Positions 51,020-61,276 of a DNA stretch of 64,000 bases are shown piece by piece. Origin of the DNA: Candidatus Latescibacterota bacterium (GTDB lineage: Bacteria > Latescibacterota > UBA2968 > GCA-2709665); contig CAXXXF010000004.1 in the NCBI GenBank assembly GCA_963667175.2, positions 288,001 to 352,000 on the forward strand, written 5' to 3'. Under the pieces are notes generated by a model. The model made no database searches. It saw only the letters and a program-made list of their open reading frames with translations, and was not told the DNA's origin. Positions within the stretch are counted from its first letter, which is position 1. The number at the start of each line of letters is the position of its first letter. A program made the translations under genes and the position numbers.

Positions 51020-52998
51020 GTAGAGTCGAGATGTGGCGCGGTGGTTTAGGAGTGGCCTATCTGTTTCCGCCCCTTTCGTCTGGCGGTGCCTCAATAGCCG
51101 CTCCGTGCTCCGTTTCCACGTCCCGCTCATCGAACCGGACGTGCGGATTTACCGCATCCGGCTCTCGGACAAGGAGTCATGCGTTCGCCCACGGAAGGTT
51201 GCGCGCCTGTACTTCCAGCCGGGTCAGGCCCAACGTGTTGTAGAGGACCTGGTCATGGAAGCGTGACCTTCCCTTTCCCGGTATTCGGTACTTGTTGCAC
51301 AACCACCAGCGGAGCCGTTTCCGGGTGTGGCTGTCCACACTCCGATAGGCTTTGCTGGCCAGACCAAGACGGAAGTAGTTGCCCCACCCTGCCAGCTTTC
51401 GGTTCAGGTGGGCAATCCGTTCTTGATGGTCTTTCAGCAACCACCGTCGCGCCGTTGCCTCGCTGATGGCCCGGCAGATGTGCCGGATGGCCTTCTTTGA
51501 CGGGCGCGTGCCGATATAGGCCTTTCCCGTCTTTGGCGAGTAACAGCGGCCGATGGTGTAGCCCAGAAAGTCAAATCGTCCTTCCGGGAGCGTGCATATG
51601 CCCGTCTTCTGCTCGTTCACCGTCAACTTAAGCGCTTTCATGATGGATCGCATCGCACGCATCGCTTCTTCTGCACTGCCGCGACAGCAGATCACAAAAT
51701 CATCCGCGTAGTTGACAATATGAGCCTCCAGACGTTGCTGATGTCCCCGAAATTTCCATCCCAGAATGAACCGCCGCATATACAGGTTCGCCAACAGCGG
51801 GGAGATTGGGGCGCCTTGCGGTGTCCCCCTTCCCTGATCCTTGTTCGGCGTCGCTCGACGTTTGCGGCCCCGCTTGTCGGTCTCCTCAATCGGCGCGGTC
51901 AGCCACAGCTTGATCAGGCGCAGCATTCGCCCGTCACTGATGCGTCGCGCCACCGATTTCATCAACTCGGCATGCGGGATCGTGTCGAAGTAGCCGCTCA
52001 AGTCGGCGTCGATCACCTGCGTATGGCCGCGGCTCACCAGACTGTGAACCGCATTGATGGCGTCGTGCGCACTCCGTTTCGGGCGATACGCATACTGTTC
52101 CGCTGGCAGGTCCGCCTCAAAGATCGGCTCCAAGACCAGCATCGCCGCGGTTTGCACCACCCGATCCTTCACCGTCGGGATGCCCAACGGCCTTTGCTTC
52201 CCGTTCGGCTTGGGGATATATACCCGACGGATCGGAGACACCCGATACGATTTGCTCCTTACGGCTTCCGACAGTTCGCCTAACCACCGCTTTTGCCCGT
52301 ATGACTCGATATCCGCAAACGTCTCGCCGTCCACGCCCGCCGCGCCGCCGTTGGCCTTGCAGCAGCGGTACGCATAAAGCAGGATGTCCTCGCGATACAC
52401 TTTGTCATACAGCGCGTAGAATCGGTAGCCGGGCGATTCCTTCGCTTTGGCATGCAACGTCTTCCGCAACTTCCGAACCTTCTCCGGAGGTCTTAGGCTC
52501 ATACCAATCTCCAGGCTCTCGCTCCTTTGACGTTGCCCTTGAACCAAGGCCCCTTCCCTCCACCGGCATTACCCGGCTTCCCGGGTACTACGGGCCTCTC
52601 CGCCACCCCACACGGCCCGGCCTGACCCTCACGGGCGTCCGGTTGGTGTCTATACACCACCGAGGGGGGCTTCCCGTGTTGCGTCGGAACTCCTTGTATA
52701 CGTGCCTTCGCCATTACCCCGGCGGGACCGTTGGATGCGCGCGTTGCTCTCTTTTTCCAACGACGGCGGCCTTCCCCGATCCATGGGCGGGTCGGCTCCC
52801 GCATTACCTTTTTCGAGGCCTGCTCAGCGTTCACTCACGTTTCGGCCCGCATACTCGCCAGGTCGCCTTGCGACCCTCTACACCGGAGGCTTCGGAGATG
52901 TCGTTGCCTACGTCCCCGCTCCGGTTGCTACCGACCGCAGCAACATTTGTCGGGTGGGACTCTCACCCACTGAAGTTCCGCGCCTTTTCACGGCGCAC
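51020..52998 (-). mobile_element. Complete group II intron
   Basis: 5' GTGCG at 52998; domain V GAGCCGGATGCGG..CGTCCGGTTC; 3' end CTCTAC at 51020; EBS1 loop CATGGAT (52779-85) complementary to 5' exon ATCCATG. Confidence 0.93.
51177..52547 (-). CDS. ltrA: Group II intron reverse transcriptase/maturase, no endonuclease domain
   Basis: AAGVDG, RPLGIP, DADLSGYFD, GTPQGAPISPLLAN, YADD, FDFLG, GWGNYF. Confidence 0.95.
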   Translation of the reverse strand: MVQGQRQRSESLEIGMSLRPPEKVRKLRKTLHAKAKESPGYRFYALYDKVYREDILLYAYRCCKANGGAAGVDGETFADIESYGQKRWLGELSEAVRSKSYRVSPIRRVYIPKPNGKQRPLGIPTVKDRVVQTAAMLVLEPIFEADLPAEQYAYRPKRSAHDAINAVHSLVSRGHTQVIDADLSGYFDTIPHAELMKSVARRISDGRMLRLIKLWLTAPIEETDKRGRKRRATPNKDQGRGTPQGAPISPLLANLYMRRFILGWKFRGHQQRLEAHIVNYADDFVICCRGSAEEAMRAMRSIMKALKLTVNEQKTGICTLPEGRFDFLGYTIGRCYSPKTGKAYIGTRPSKKAIRHICRAISEATARRWLLKDHQERIAHLNRKLAGWGNYFRLGLASKAYRSVDSHTRKRLRWWLCNKYRIPGKGRSRFHDQVLYNTLGLTRLEVQARNLPWANA

Positions 52999-53575
52999 CA
53001 TGGATAAACAGGATGGACAGGATGAAAACCGAAAAGCAAGACAAGCTCACGAAAAAACGAACATCAGAAACTACGAAACACGCGAAACACACGAAAAAAA
53101 CACGAAGAAAACCGATCAGGATTTGCAGGATTAGCCTTGATTCGTAGTTCTTCGGGAACGATAATTCAAATAAACGCAGGCGAATAAAGGCGATTTGACG
53201 TCCGATTTCCACGAACCTTCAGGTCACTGGACGTGAACGGAATAAACGTCGTTCCGGACGACCTTTTTGGGTCCGTTTCGCAACGATACCCTTTGTGTCT
53301 TTTGTGCTTTTTGTGGCTAATTTAACGGTTGTCTTTTTTCGAATTGAGGTTAGAACCCAGGAGCAGGATGAAAACCGAAAAGCAAGACAAGCTCACGAAA
53401 AAACGAACATCAGAAACTACGAAACACGCGAAAAAAACACGAAGAAAACCGATCAGGATTTACAGGATTTGCAGGATTAGAAACCAGGAGCAGGATAAAA
53501 ACCAATAAGCGCGACAAAGGCGCCAGAAAACGAACATCAGAAACTACGAAACACGCGAAACACACGAAAGATCCG
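52999..53575. repeat. Degenerate A-rich tandem repeat (CAGGATG / CACGAAA / CAGGATTT modules)
   Basis: Units at ~52999-53133, 53359-53480, 53486-53570; further copies at 55254-55386 and reversed near 41410-41480 and 41620-41658. Confidence 0.8.
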
Positions 53576-53639
53576 TGGCTGACCCCATAAATTCACAAAA
53601 CAGTTGTCATGCCCCTTTGGGGCACCCATAATGATGAAA

Positions 53640-53858
53640 ATGGTTGCGTCAACAGACTTGTGTGGTAGGTTGTTGGCCACCATAACCCTTGGCTGGTCGA
53701 AGGTCGTTTTGTAGATGGTGCTATGAGCCTGAAAAACAGTTGGACCTGGGTATCTGGAGGTATCCATTATTGTCGCCCCCTGTAAAGGGAGAGCCCGCCA
53801 AGTAGACTCTTATCCCAGCAGATACCCGACCAGCCGGATCAGACACAGGAGGCCTGCG
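53640..53858 (+). ncRNA. Candidate bridge RNA region
   Basis: Non-coding end holds AAAACAGTTG (53733-42, equals 53597-606), TATCCAT (53761-67, complements 55261-67) and AAGTAGA (53800-06, equals 55248-54). Confidence 0.6.
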
Positions 53859-55199
53859 ATGCATGTCATCTACCCTTGTTGCGCTGGTTTGGATGTCCAC
53901 AAAAAGACGGTCGTTGCCTGCCGGATGAAGGCCGAAGGGTCAAAGCCGAGCCGGCGAGAGGTAAAGACCTTCTCCACAATGACCCGGCAGTTGCTGGCGT
54001 TGAGCGATTGGCTTTCTCAGTGGGGCTGCACCCACGTGGCGATGGAAAGCACCGGCGAGTATTGGAAGCCCATCTTCAACGTGCTGGAAGCCAACTTTGA
54101 AGTCTTGCTGGTCAATGCGCAGCACGTCAAACAGGTGCCAGGACGCAAGACCGATGTCCGGGATGCTGAGTGGCTGGCCGGGCTGCTGCAACACGGCTTG
54201 CTCAAAGCGAGCTTTATCCCCCCTGCCCTCCAGCGGGATTTGCGTGATCTGACGCGGTATCGCACCACATTGGTGCAGGAGCGCACCCGGGTGATCAATC
54301 GGGTGCAGAAGGCTTTGGAGGGCGCCAACATCAAGCTGTCCAGTGTGGCCAGCGATACGCTGGGCGTGTCGGGTCGGGCCATACTAAAAGGGCTCATCCA
54401 AGGCCAGGAAGATCCAGCAGCGTTAGCGGAGTTGGCCAAGGGCCGCTTGCGCAACAAGAAGGCCGACCTAGAGCAGGCGCTGACCGGCTTTTTCCGACCC
54501 CACCATCGCTTTTTGTTGAGCCACTTGCTGGTGCATCTGGACTTTCTGGAAACACAACTTTCTCAGCTGTCCGACCAGATCGCTCAACACATTGAGGCGA
54601 TGGGTGTGCCCCCAAAAGACCCGCAGCCTCCTTCGGGCGGTTCGCCCAAGCCTGCGCAGTCACCAACCGCCGCCTCGTCCAAGCCTGCGCAAGCTTCTCG
54701 GCTCCTTCCCAATCAGGCCATGGCCTTGTGGGATACGATTCCTGGCGTCAACCAGACCGTGGCCGAGGTTATGGTGGCCGAAATGGGCGTGGATATGGGC
54801 CGCTTCCCCACCCACCGGCATCTGGCCTCCTGGGTCGGCTTAGCGCCTGGAAACCATGAAAGCGCAGGGAAACGTCAATCGGGGCGCACCACCAAAGGCA
54901 ATCCTGCGTTGCGTCTTGCCCTCGTCCAGGCGGCCTGGGCGGCCTCGCGCACCAAAGACACTTATCTGTCCGCTCTCTATCGTCGGTTGGCCGCACGACG
55001 GGGCAAGAAACGCGCCTTGGTGGCAGTGGCTCATTCCATTCTCACAGCCGCCTATCATATGGCCTGTCACACACAACCCTATCAAGATCCGGGCAGCAAC
55101 TATTTCGATCAGCGCAAGAAACACGACGTTGTCTCTCGGCTCTCCCATCGCCTGGAAAAGTTGGGGTACAACGTTGCGCTTACGCTACAAGCTGCTTAA
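53859..55199 (+). CDS. IS110 family transposase/recombinase
   Basis: GLDVHK, AMESTG, RKTDVRDA (DEDD); GLAPGNHESAGK, KGNPALR. Confidence 0.95.
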   Translation: MHVIYPCCAGLDVHKKTVVACRMKAEGSKPSRREVKTFSTMTRQLLALSDWLSQWGCTHVAMESTGEYWKPIFNVLEANFEVLLVNAQHVKQVPGRKTDVRDAEWLAGLLQHGLLKASFIPPALQRDLRDLTRYRTTLVQERTRVINRVQKALEGANIKLSSVASDTLGVSGRAILKGLIQGQEDPAALAELAKGRLRNKKADLEQALTGFFRPHHRFLLSHLLVHLDFLETQLSQLSDQIAQHIEAMGVPPKDPQPPSGGSPKPAQSPTAASSKPAQASRLLPNQAMALWDTIPGVNQTVAEVMVAEMGVDMGRFPTHRHLASWVGLAPGNHESAGKRQSGRTTKGNPALRLALVQAAWAASRTKDTYLSALYRRLAARRGKKRALVAVAHSILTAAYHMACHTQPYQDPGSNYFDQRKKHDVVSRLSHRLEKLGYNVALTLQAA

Positions 55200-55797
55200 A
55201 TAAAAGAAAAACAACAGGATTCTTCGAAATCTGAAAGGTTATTTTCTAAGTAGAACTTATATGGATAGACGGGATGGACAGGATGAAAACCAAGAGGCAC
55301 GAAAAATGAACATCGAAAACTACGAAATACGCGAAAAAACACGAGGAAAACCGATCAGGATTTACAGGATTAGAAACCAGGAGCAGGGCAAATGCTCACT
55401 CTTGCAGGCAACAGCGATGAGTCCATCCACCCTGAAACCCCAACGTTTGCCGGCCAGACCGATTTCGGATTCTTAATGGATTTCGTTACAATCTCCACTG
55501 ATGTTATTGAAAATCAACCGATTATATAACAAACCCACCGGTTTTCATGACTATTTCGGGCTAAACACATCTGCGCGGACACATCGCCGGCATGACGCGA
55601 TGCGGGCAGACAGGAATGTCTGCCCGCCTGCCGCCTGCCTGCGCCGCTGCGCTTCCCGCGGCAGGCAGGCGCCCGGCCTCCCGCTACGGAGACAATCGAC
55701 CGGCTTGTCATTCTGAGCGGAGCGAAGAGCCTCCCGTCTTCTTCTCGATTGTCCGTAACGCAACAACAGGGAATCGGCAACTGTCAATCCCTACACT

Positions 55798-58170
55798 TCA
55801 CTCGACCACCCGGAACACCACGTGCCGTTCAGCGATTTGTCCCGTGTAGAGATCCTTCACGCTAACGATCAGCTTGTGGAAACCGGCGGGGGTATCGCTG
55901 GATTCAATCTGCAGGAAGGTGAAGTCATTCGTCTGATCTCCCTGGTATCGCGCCGTGACCGTCGTCTCGGTGCCTTCCCTTGAACGGGGCGTATTCCGGA
56001 TCTCCTCGGAGATTTTGTTTCGTTCCGGAAGGATGTACCTCACACGATACCTGACGGACTCTTGAATCCCATCCCGCCAGATGTCGCCCTCGCTTTCAAT
56101 TACAGGTTCCTCGATGATGGTCCGGACCTCCACCCTGGCGGCGGCGCCCGGCGCGTCCAGGGCGGCGAAGCGTTCGGGAAGGATTTCTTCACGGTCCGGC
56201 CGGGTCAGCCGATAGGAAATCCGATATTTTGTTCGGCCGAATCTGTCTTTCCTGAGGTTGTAGATCTCGAGATAGATGAAGACGGGCTCGGATCGGCCGA
56301 AGGTGTGAAGCGGGTTGGGTGTGACAAGCAGATCGTCGCGGCCTTCGGGGAACGCGGTTTTCGGCCGGATCCGGGAGGCCAGCAGCAGATCGCTCATCAC
56401 GAGCAACGAATCGTGCGATCCGAATGTTCGCAATTCCCGGAAGGTCCCAATGGATCCCGTACCGCGGTCCCTGATCTCCACAACAAGACGATGTTGCCGC
56501 GGGGCGACTCGCAGCGTCCGGTATGACACGACGTGGTTGCGCCGCAGACTGTCGCTCTTTGTATCAGTCCCGGTGTCGAATTCAGGCCACTGCATGGTGA
56601 CGTCCATCTTCTTCCGGTAGACCTCGTCCCACTGCTCGTCGAACAGAAACACCCCGTCCTCCAGGTTCAGAAGGCCCTCAGGCTCGTTCACCTGCACCCG
56701 CGACTTCGGAATGGCATAGGCGAACTCCACGCGAATACTGTCGCGCTCCTGAAAGGCGGCGATCTGCCGGGGTATCCGGTATTTCCGGTCACGATAGGGG
56801 TCGATGAACCGCTGCGGCGTATCGCGAAACACATGCCGGGAGGGCGGCGAAGGCCGGTTCTGCAGTACCATTCGATTCTTACCCGAATAAAAGTCGCCCA
56901 GGTCATCCCTCCATTGTGTGATGTCGTACATATCCCGACCGTCCGTTACCCGGACATTTGCCAACTGCCCGCCCATGCTCCCTCCGCCGGCTTTCCCGAG
57001 ACCGAACCGCCATCCGTCCATCCCGTCGCTGCTTATAAATGAGATTCTAAACGTCTCATAAAACCAGGTCTTCGCCCTGCCCGTGGAAACTCGCTTAATA
57101 AACCGTCCAAACTTGATGAAGGTCTTGCCCGTGTCCGTCCGCCATCCTGCAATTTCCTTGAAAGGCCGGCTGTACCTCAGGTTGGCGTACGCCACGCGGC
57201 CAAAATGCGCCATCTTCCGCTCGTTGAACGACGTCAGAAACAGCGGATCATGCCCGCGCCAGAAACGGTCGCGCGCGACATCCGGCCAACCGTCACCTCC
57301 GTTGTCGGCATACGCGATCGCCTCCGCCATGCGCTTCCGGTCCTCTGCCGACGCAAGAATATCCACGGCCTCGATCATGGCGCGCTCATCGTTGCTCATC
57401 CGCTCCAGGGCAAGCGTGTAAAGGCTGTCCGCCGCGTCCATTTCACCCAGCATCTGGTACCCCAGACCGCAGAACATGAACGCATCCTTGTCCTCGGGCG
57501 CCTGTTCCAGAAATCGCTTGAAGACCAGGATCATCTCTTCCGGCTGTCCGGTCTCATAATGCAGGAGTCCAAGCTGGTAATACGGGCCTCGAAGACCGGG
57601 GTCCGCATCAATGCTCTGCTGAAAGTGCGTCCTTGCCCGCTCGAGGTCCTGCATGGCGAAATTCTTCCAGTAGAACATCCTTCCCAGGTTTTTGTCGATA
57701 TAGATGAAGGGGTCCTGCCTGTCGATATAGCGTAGATAATCCTGCGCTGCATAATACCCGGCCCAGTACGACGCCTCGGCGTTCTCCGGCTCCGTGTCCG
57801 CCAATTTCTCATAGTGCCGAACGGCATGCCACCAGAACCCCTGTTTGCCGAGCAATTCGCCCAGCGTCATCTGATAGTCCGTGTTCTCAGGATCGAGCCG
57901 CATCGCCTGCTTCAGCGCCTTGCGTGCGCTCTGGCGCGTGAGCGGCGTGTTCATTTCCATGTACAGCCTGGCGATCTCATAGTGCGCGGGCGCGAATTCC
58001 CAGTCCAGCTTCAGTGCGTCCTCAAATGCCTTTATACTCACCTCTGCCGACACTTCGCCAACCTGCGCCATTGCCTCACGATAAAGCGAATCTGTCCTGG
58101 CATCCTTCACCCCGGCGCGTACTTCGCCGGCCGCCAGCATCACCAGCGCCAGGACCACCAGGTGTCTCAT
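55798..58170 (-). CDS. Secreted TPR / GWxTD domain protein
   Basis: Signal peptide, TPRs, FWRGHDP..NER, canonical GWRTD, VFIYLEIYNL. Confidence 0.9.
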   Translation of the reverse strand: MRHLVVLALVMLAAGEVRAGVKDARTDSLYREAMAQVGEVSAEVSIKAFEDALKLDWEFAPAHYEIARLYMEMNTPLTRQSARKALKQAMRLDPENTDYQMTLGELLGKQGFWWHAVRHYEKLADTEPENAEASYWAGYYAAQDYLRYIDRQDPFIYIDKNLGRMFYWKNFAMQDLERARTHFQQSIDADPGLRGPYYQLGLLHYETGQPEEMILVFKRFLEQAPEDKDAFMFCGLGYQMLGEMDAADSLYTLALERMSNDERAMIEAVDILASAEDRKRMAEAIAYADNGGDGWPDVARDRFWRGHDPLFLTSFNERKMAHFGRVAYANLRYSRPFKEIAGWRTDTGKTFIKFGRFIKRVSTGRAKTWFYETFRISFISSDGMDGWRFGLGKAGGGSMGGQLANVRVTDGRDMYDITQWRDDLGDFYSGKNRMVLQNRPSPPSRHVFRDTPQRFIDPYRDRKYRIPRQIAAFQERDSIRVEFAYAIPKSRVQVNEPEGLLNLEDGVFLFDEQWDEVYRKKMDVTMQWPEFDTGTDTKSDSLRRNHVVSYRTLRVAPRQHRLVVEIRDRGTGSIGTFRELRTFGSHDSLLVMSDLLLASRIRPKTAFPEGRDDLLVTPNPLHTFGRSEPVFIYLEIYNLRKDRFGRTKYRISYRLTRPDREEILPERFAALDAPGAAARVEVRTIIEEPVIESEGDIWRDGIQESVRYRVRYILPERNKISEEIRNTPRSREGTETTVTARYQGDQTNDFTFLQIESSDTPAGFHKLIVSVKDLYTGQIAERHVVFRVVE

Positions 58171-58223
58171 CGCTTTGACCCTCCGGCGTCACGTCGGTGA
58201 ATTCAACCGCGGGTTGTGGCAGT

Positions 58224-60671
58224 CTAATCGATCACCCGGAACAACGCCTCCCGCGCAGCTTCCTGACCGGTATGCATGTCTTTCAGACGCACCGATAGGA
58301 GGTGTACGCCTGCAGGCACGTGGCTCAGGTCAATCTGCAGATACGTGAAGTCGTCCTCCCGGTCTCCCTCGTACCGCGCGGTGATCGTCGTCTCCACGCC
58401 CTCTTTGCTCCGACCCATCCTCTTGATCCGGCTGGCAAGTCTATCCTCTTCCGGAAACACAAACCTTGCCCTGTACGTCAACTCCTCTTTCCTCTTCGCA
58501 TCGAAATAGTCCGGAACGACCTGTTGCTGCACCACCGGCAGACCCTGGCGCCGCTGTTCTTCTTCTTCCTCCTCCGAAACTCGTGGTGGACGGCGCATGC
58601 CCGACTCACGGGTCCTGGAGACACGAGACACTTCCAACTGCCTGCCGCCCTGGGGCAACCGTTGCGCGACGAACAGGTACGGGTCGATCTTTCTCTGTTC
58701 CGTGTTTCCGATCGTGTATGAGATCTCGTACTCCGTTCGACCGAATTCGTCCCGCTCCAGGTTGTATACTTCCAGGTAGATGAACGCAGGCTCGGAGCGA
58801 TGGTAGGTCCGCAGCGGATTGGCCACAATGTCGAGGTCCGACCGTCCCTCCGGAAAAGGCGTTCTCGAATTGATCTGTGCGGCCAGCAACAGGTCGCTCA
58901 TCGCCAGCGACGACCCCATCGCCTCGAATTCCCGGTGCTGTCGAAACGTGCCGATGGATCCTCGCCCGGCATCCCTCAATTCGCCAACATAGTGATACTT
59001 TCCCGGAGCTATCCTGAACGGCACCTGGATAACCAGATGATTATTCCGGAGGCTGTCCGAAACGGCATATCCGCTTGGCGTTAAACTCGGCCACTTCAGT
59101 TTGAAATCCGATCGCTTTCGATAGACCTCGTCCCAGCGCTCGTCGAAGAGAAATACGCCGTTTTCAATAGCAATGCTCCTGTCCGAATCCGAGACGGTCC
59201 CATTGTATCTGGGCAGCGCATAAGCCAGTTCCACGCGGAGGCTGTCTCCGTCCTTGAAACTCGCGACCTGATGAGGCACGCGGTATTTCATCCGGCCATA
59301 GGGATCGATATACCGCGTCCGGTCCGGCAAACGAGATGGAGAGAAGCCGTGGAATCCGTCGGATATCTGAAAATCAACCCGGAATCCCTCGTAGAACCAC
59401 GTCTCTTTCTGCATGGACAAATGCCAGCGCATCGGCGGTGTTTGGCCGAAGGTGTAGGTGTAGTCTATCGGACCAGAACCGACCTCCGGTCGTTGCATCC
59501 TTCGGTCCAGATATCGTCCCAGTCGTATATACGCTCGGCCCATATCCGTCCGCCAGCCCTCAATGCCCTTTGACGGACGGCTGAACCGCAGATTCGCGTA
59601 CGCGACCCGGCCGTAATGCTCCATGCGGCGTTCGTTGAATTCCGTCAGAAACAGGGGGTCCTGCCGCCGCCAGAATCGAACTCGCTCCGCACTGTCGACC
59701 CAGGGTTGATACGTGCCTCCGACCGTCTCCCCTTCGCGATGGAGGTCGTCCAGGTTCGCACGCTCCGCGTCCGGCACAATGCCCTCTACCGATTCCATCG
59801 CGGCACGCTCAGCCGGCGCCATTCTCTGAAGTGCTCGCGTATAGAACTCATGCGCCGATGTCTCGTCGCCCAGAGCCTGGTATCCGAGCCCGCAAAAGAG
59901 CAACGCATCCTTGTCGTCACGGGCGCGATCCAACAGCAGATTTGCCACCCGAATCAGTTCTACCGGCCGATTGGTCTCGAGGCAGGCAAGCCCCAGTTGG
60001 AAATACGCATCCTTGAATTGGGGATCTGCCTCGATGCACGTCTTCAAGTAGGTCACGGCTTCATTCAGTTCTTCAATGCCGAGTTCTCTTAACGAGTGCC
60101 TGGCACGCGAGCCGCCTTCTCTCCAGTCGATCGGCGACACCCTGCTTGTAAACTCCATGTCGTAATATTTCATGAAGTTCTTGATACCATGGTGACCGAT
60201 CATGTAGGCCGCCCTCGGGTTTTCGGGATCAGCTTTCAACGCCTTCTTGTACTCTCTCACCGCATTGTGCCACGATCCCTGCGCCCACAGGATGTCCGCC
60301 TTCATCAGGCGATAGGTCACATTGTTTCGATCCAGCCGAATGGCCTTTTTAACTGCCTTCATCGCGCTTTCGCGATCCAGGGGCGTGTCAAGGGACAGAT
60401 ACAGCTTCGCGATTTCGTAATGGGCCGGCGCGTGGTCCCGATCCGCCTTCAATACCTTACGGAAGGCCTTCACGCTCTCGTCAACGGTGACGCGACCCAC
60501 CTGTTCCAGCGCTGCCTCATAGAGCCGGTCGGCAACCTGCGTCGTGCTGGCGGCAGCCTGTATTGCGAAATGGTATCCAGGGCACAGCACAACCAACACG
60601 ATAGAACTCAATGTGACACGGCATCGTCGCATTCGATACGCTATCAGAGACGGCATTGGAAAACCTCTCAA
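58224..60671 (-). CDS. Secreted TPR / GWxTD domain protein
   Basis: TPRs, FWRRQDP..NER, canonical GWRTD, FIYLEVYNL; start uncertain. Confidence 0.9.
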   Translation of the reverse strand: MRGFPMPSLIAYRMRRCRVTLSSIVLVVLCPGYHFAIQAAASTTQVADRLYEAALEQVGRVTVDESVKAFRKVLKADRDHAPAHYEIAKLYLSLDTPLDRESAMKAVKKAIRLDRNNVTYRLMKADILWAQGSWHNAVREYKKALKADPENPRAAYMIGHHGIKNFMKYYDMEFTSRVSPIDWREGGSRARHSLRELGIEELNEAVTYLKTCIEADPQFKDAYFQLGLACLETNRPVELIRVANLLLDRARDDKDALLFCGLGYQALGDETSAHEFYTRALQRMAPAERAAMESVEGIVPDAERANLDDLHREGETVGGTYQPWVDSAERVRFWRRQDPLFLTEFNERRMEHYGRVAYANLRFSRPSKGIEGWRTDMGRAYIRLGRYLDRRMQRPEVGSGPIDYTYTFGQTPPMRWHLSMQKETWFYEGFRVDFQISDGFHGFSPSRLPDRTRYIDPYGRMKYRVPHQVASFKDGDSLRVELAYALPRYNGTVSDSDRSIAIENGVFLFDERWDEVYRKRSDFKLKWPSLTPSGYAVSDSLRNNHLVIQVPFRIAPGKYHYVGELRDAGRGSIGTFRQHREFEAMGSSLAMSDLLLAAQINSRTPFPEGRSDLDIVANPLRTYHRSEPAFIYLEVYNLERDEFGRTEYEISYTIGNTEQRKIDPYLFVAQRLPQGGRQLEVSRVSRTRESGMRRPPRVSEEEEEEQRRQGLPVVQQQVVPDYFDAKRKEELTYRARFVFPEEDRLASRIKRMGRSKEGVETTITARYEGDREDDFTYLQIDLSHVPAGVHLLSVRLKDMHTGQEAAREALFRVID

Positions 60672-60713
60672 TCTCTTGGCGAGGCGTTTTAACTGAGACT
60701 ATTTTCCACCATA

Positions 60714-60865
60714 CCCGTCCTTCCCAAAAGACACGGGCCGGGCGCCAGGGGTTCAAAAAAAGTCCGAAAATCGCGGCTTCCGGACTCATTTTGCGCCTGG
60801 ATGATGAATTTTTGGTAACCGGAGGCTATGTTACGTCGTTGCGTAACATCGTTCCAACTCCGTTC
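60714..60865 (-). promoter_or_regulatory. Conserved leader copy 2: uORF MLRNDVT* (60826-60849) plus intrinsic terminator (60755-60786)
   Basis: Stem AGTCCGGAA..TTTCGGACT followed by T-run; homologous to 49081-49230. Confidence 0.6.
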
Positions 60866-60979
60866 CGACCGATCAAAGCCGCAACAGGTTGTATCGGAAA
60901 ATCCGATCGCGGAATCGCCGTGTTCAGACGCAACCAGATGTGTGGAAGTGACCGCGCGTGCCCGACAAACGGGTCCAAT

Positions 60980-61166
60980 CACTCCCCCCTTGAGGGGGAG
61001 TCGCCTGCCTGCGCCTGCCTGTCCCGTTGGAACGGCAGACAGGCCAAGCGGAGCGCCTGCCTGCCGCGGGAAGCGCAGCGGCGCAGGCAGGCGGCAGGCA
61101 GGCAGAAGCCGAGCCGATCCCTGAGCTTGTCGAAGGGCCGGCGAAGGCTGATGCGGTGGGGGGATC
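60980..61166. repeat. Nested composite of several short palindromic elements
   Basis: CTCCCCCTTGAGGGGGAG host carrying three GCCTGCCTG..CAGGC units and a CCCTGAGCTTGTCGAAGGG unit. Confidence 0.75.
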
Positions 61167-61276
61167 GCAACACATCTTTGCTAGCTGGCAACGTGAAAAT
61201 GACATGAACGCATTTCGCGGAGAAGTCTTACTGTAAGGCTCTAACGGCCGAACGGACAGGATTCGGTGAAATCCTC

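Larger units (their letters stand above)
53604..55253 (+). mobile_element. IS110-family element, AG core at both junctions
   Basis: AG at 53602-03 and 55252-53; excision restores a repeat unit matching the empty intron site. Confidence 0.85.

Noticed and set aside
51177-52547. RT as a diversity-generating retroelement or retron acting on Kelch/GWxTD genes
   Set aside because: The RT lies within a full group II intron (GTGCG start, domain V/VI, EBS1-IBS1 match); no template/variable repeat pair with adenine-specific mismatches was seen
52999-53575. Repeat cluster next to a reverse transcriptase as possible CRISPR array
   Set aside because: Units are long, degenerate and lack regular unique spacers; no cas genes in the window
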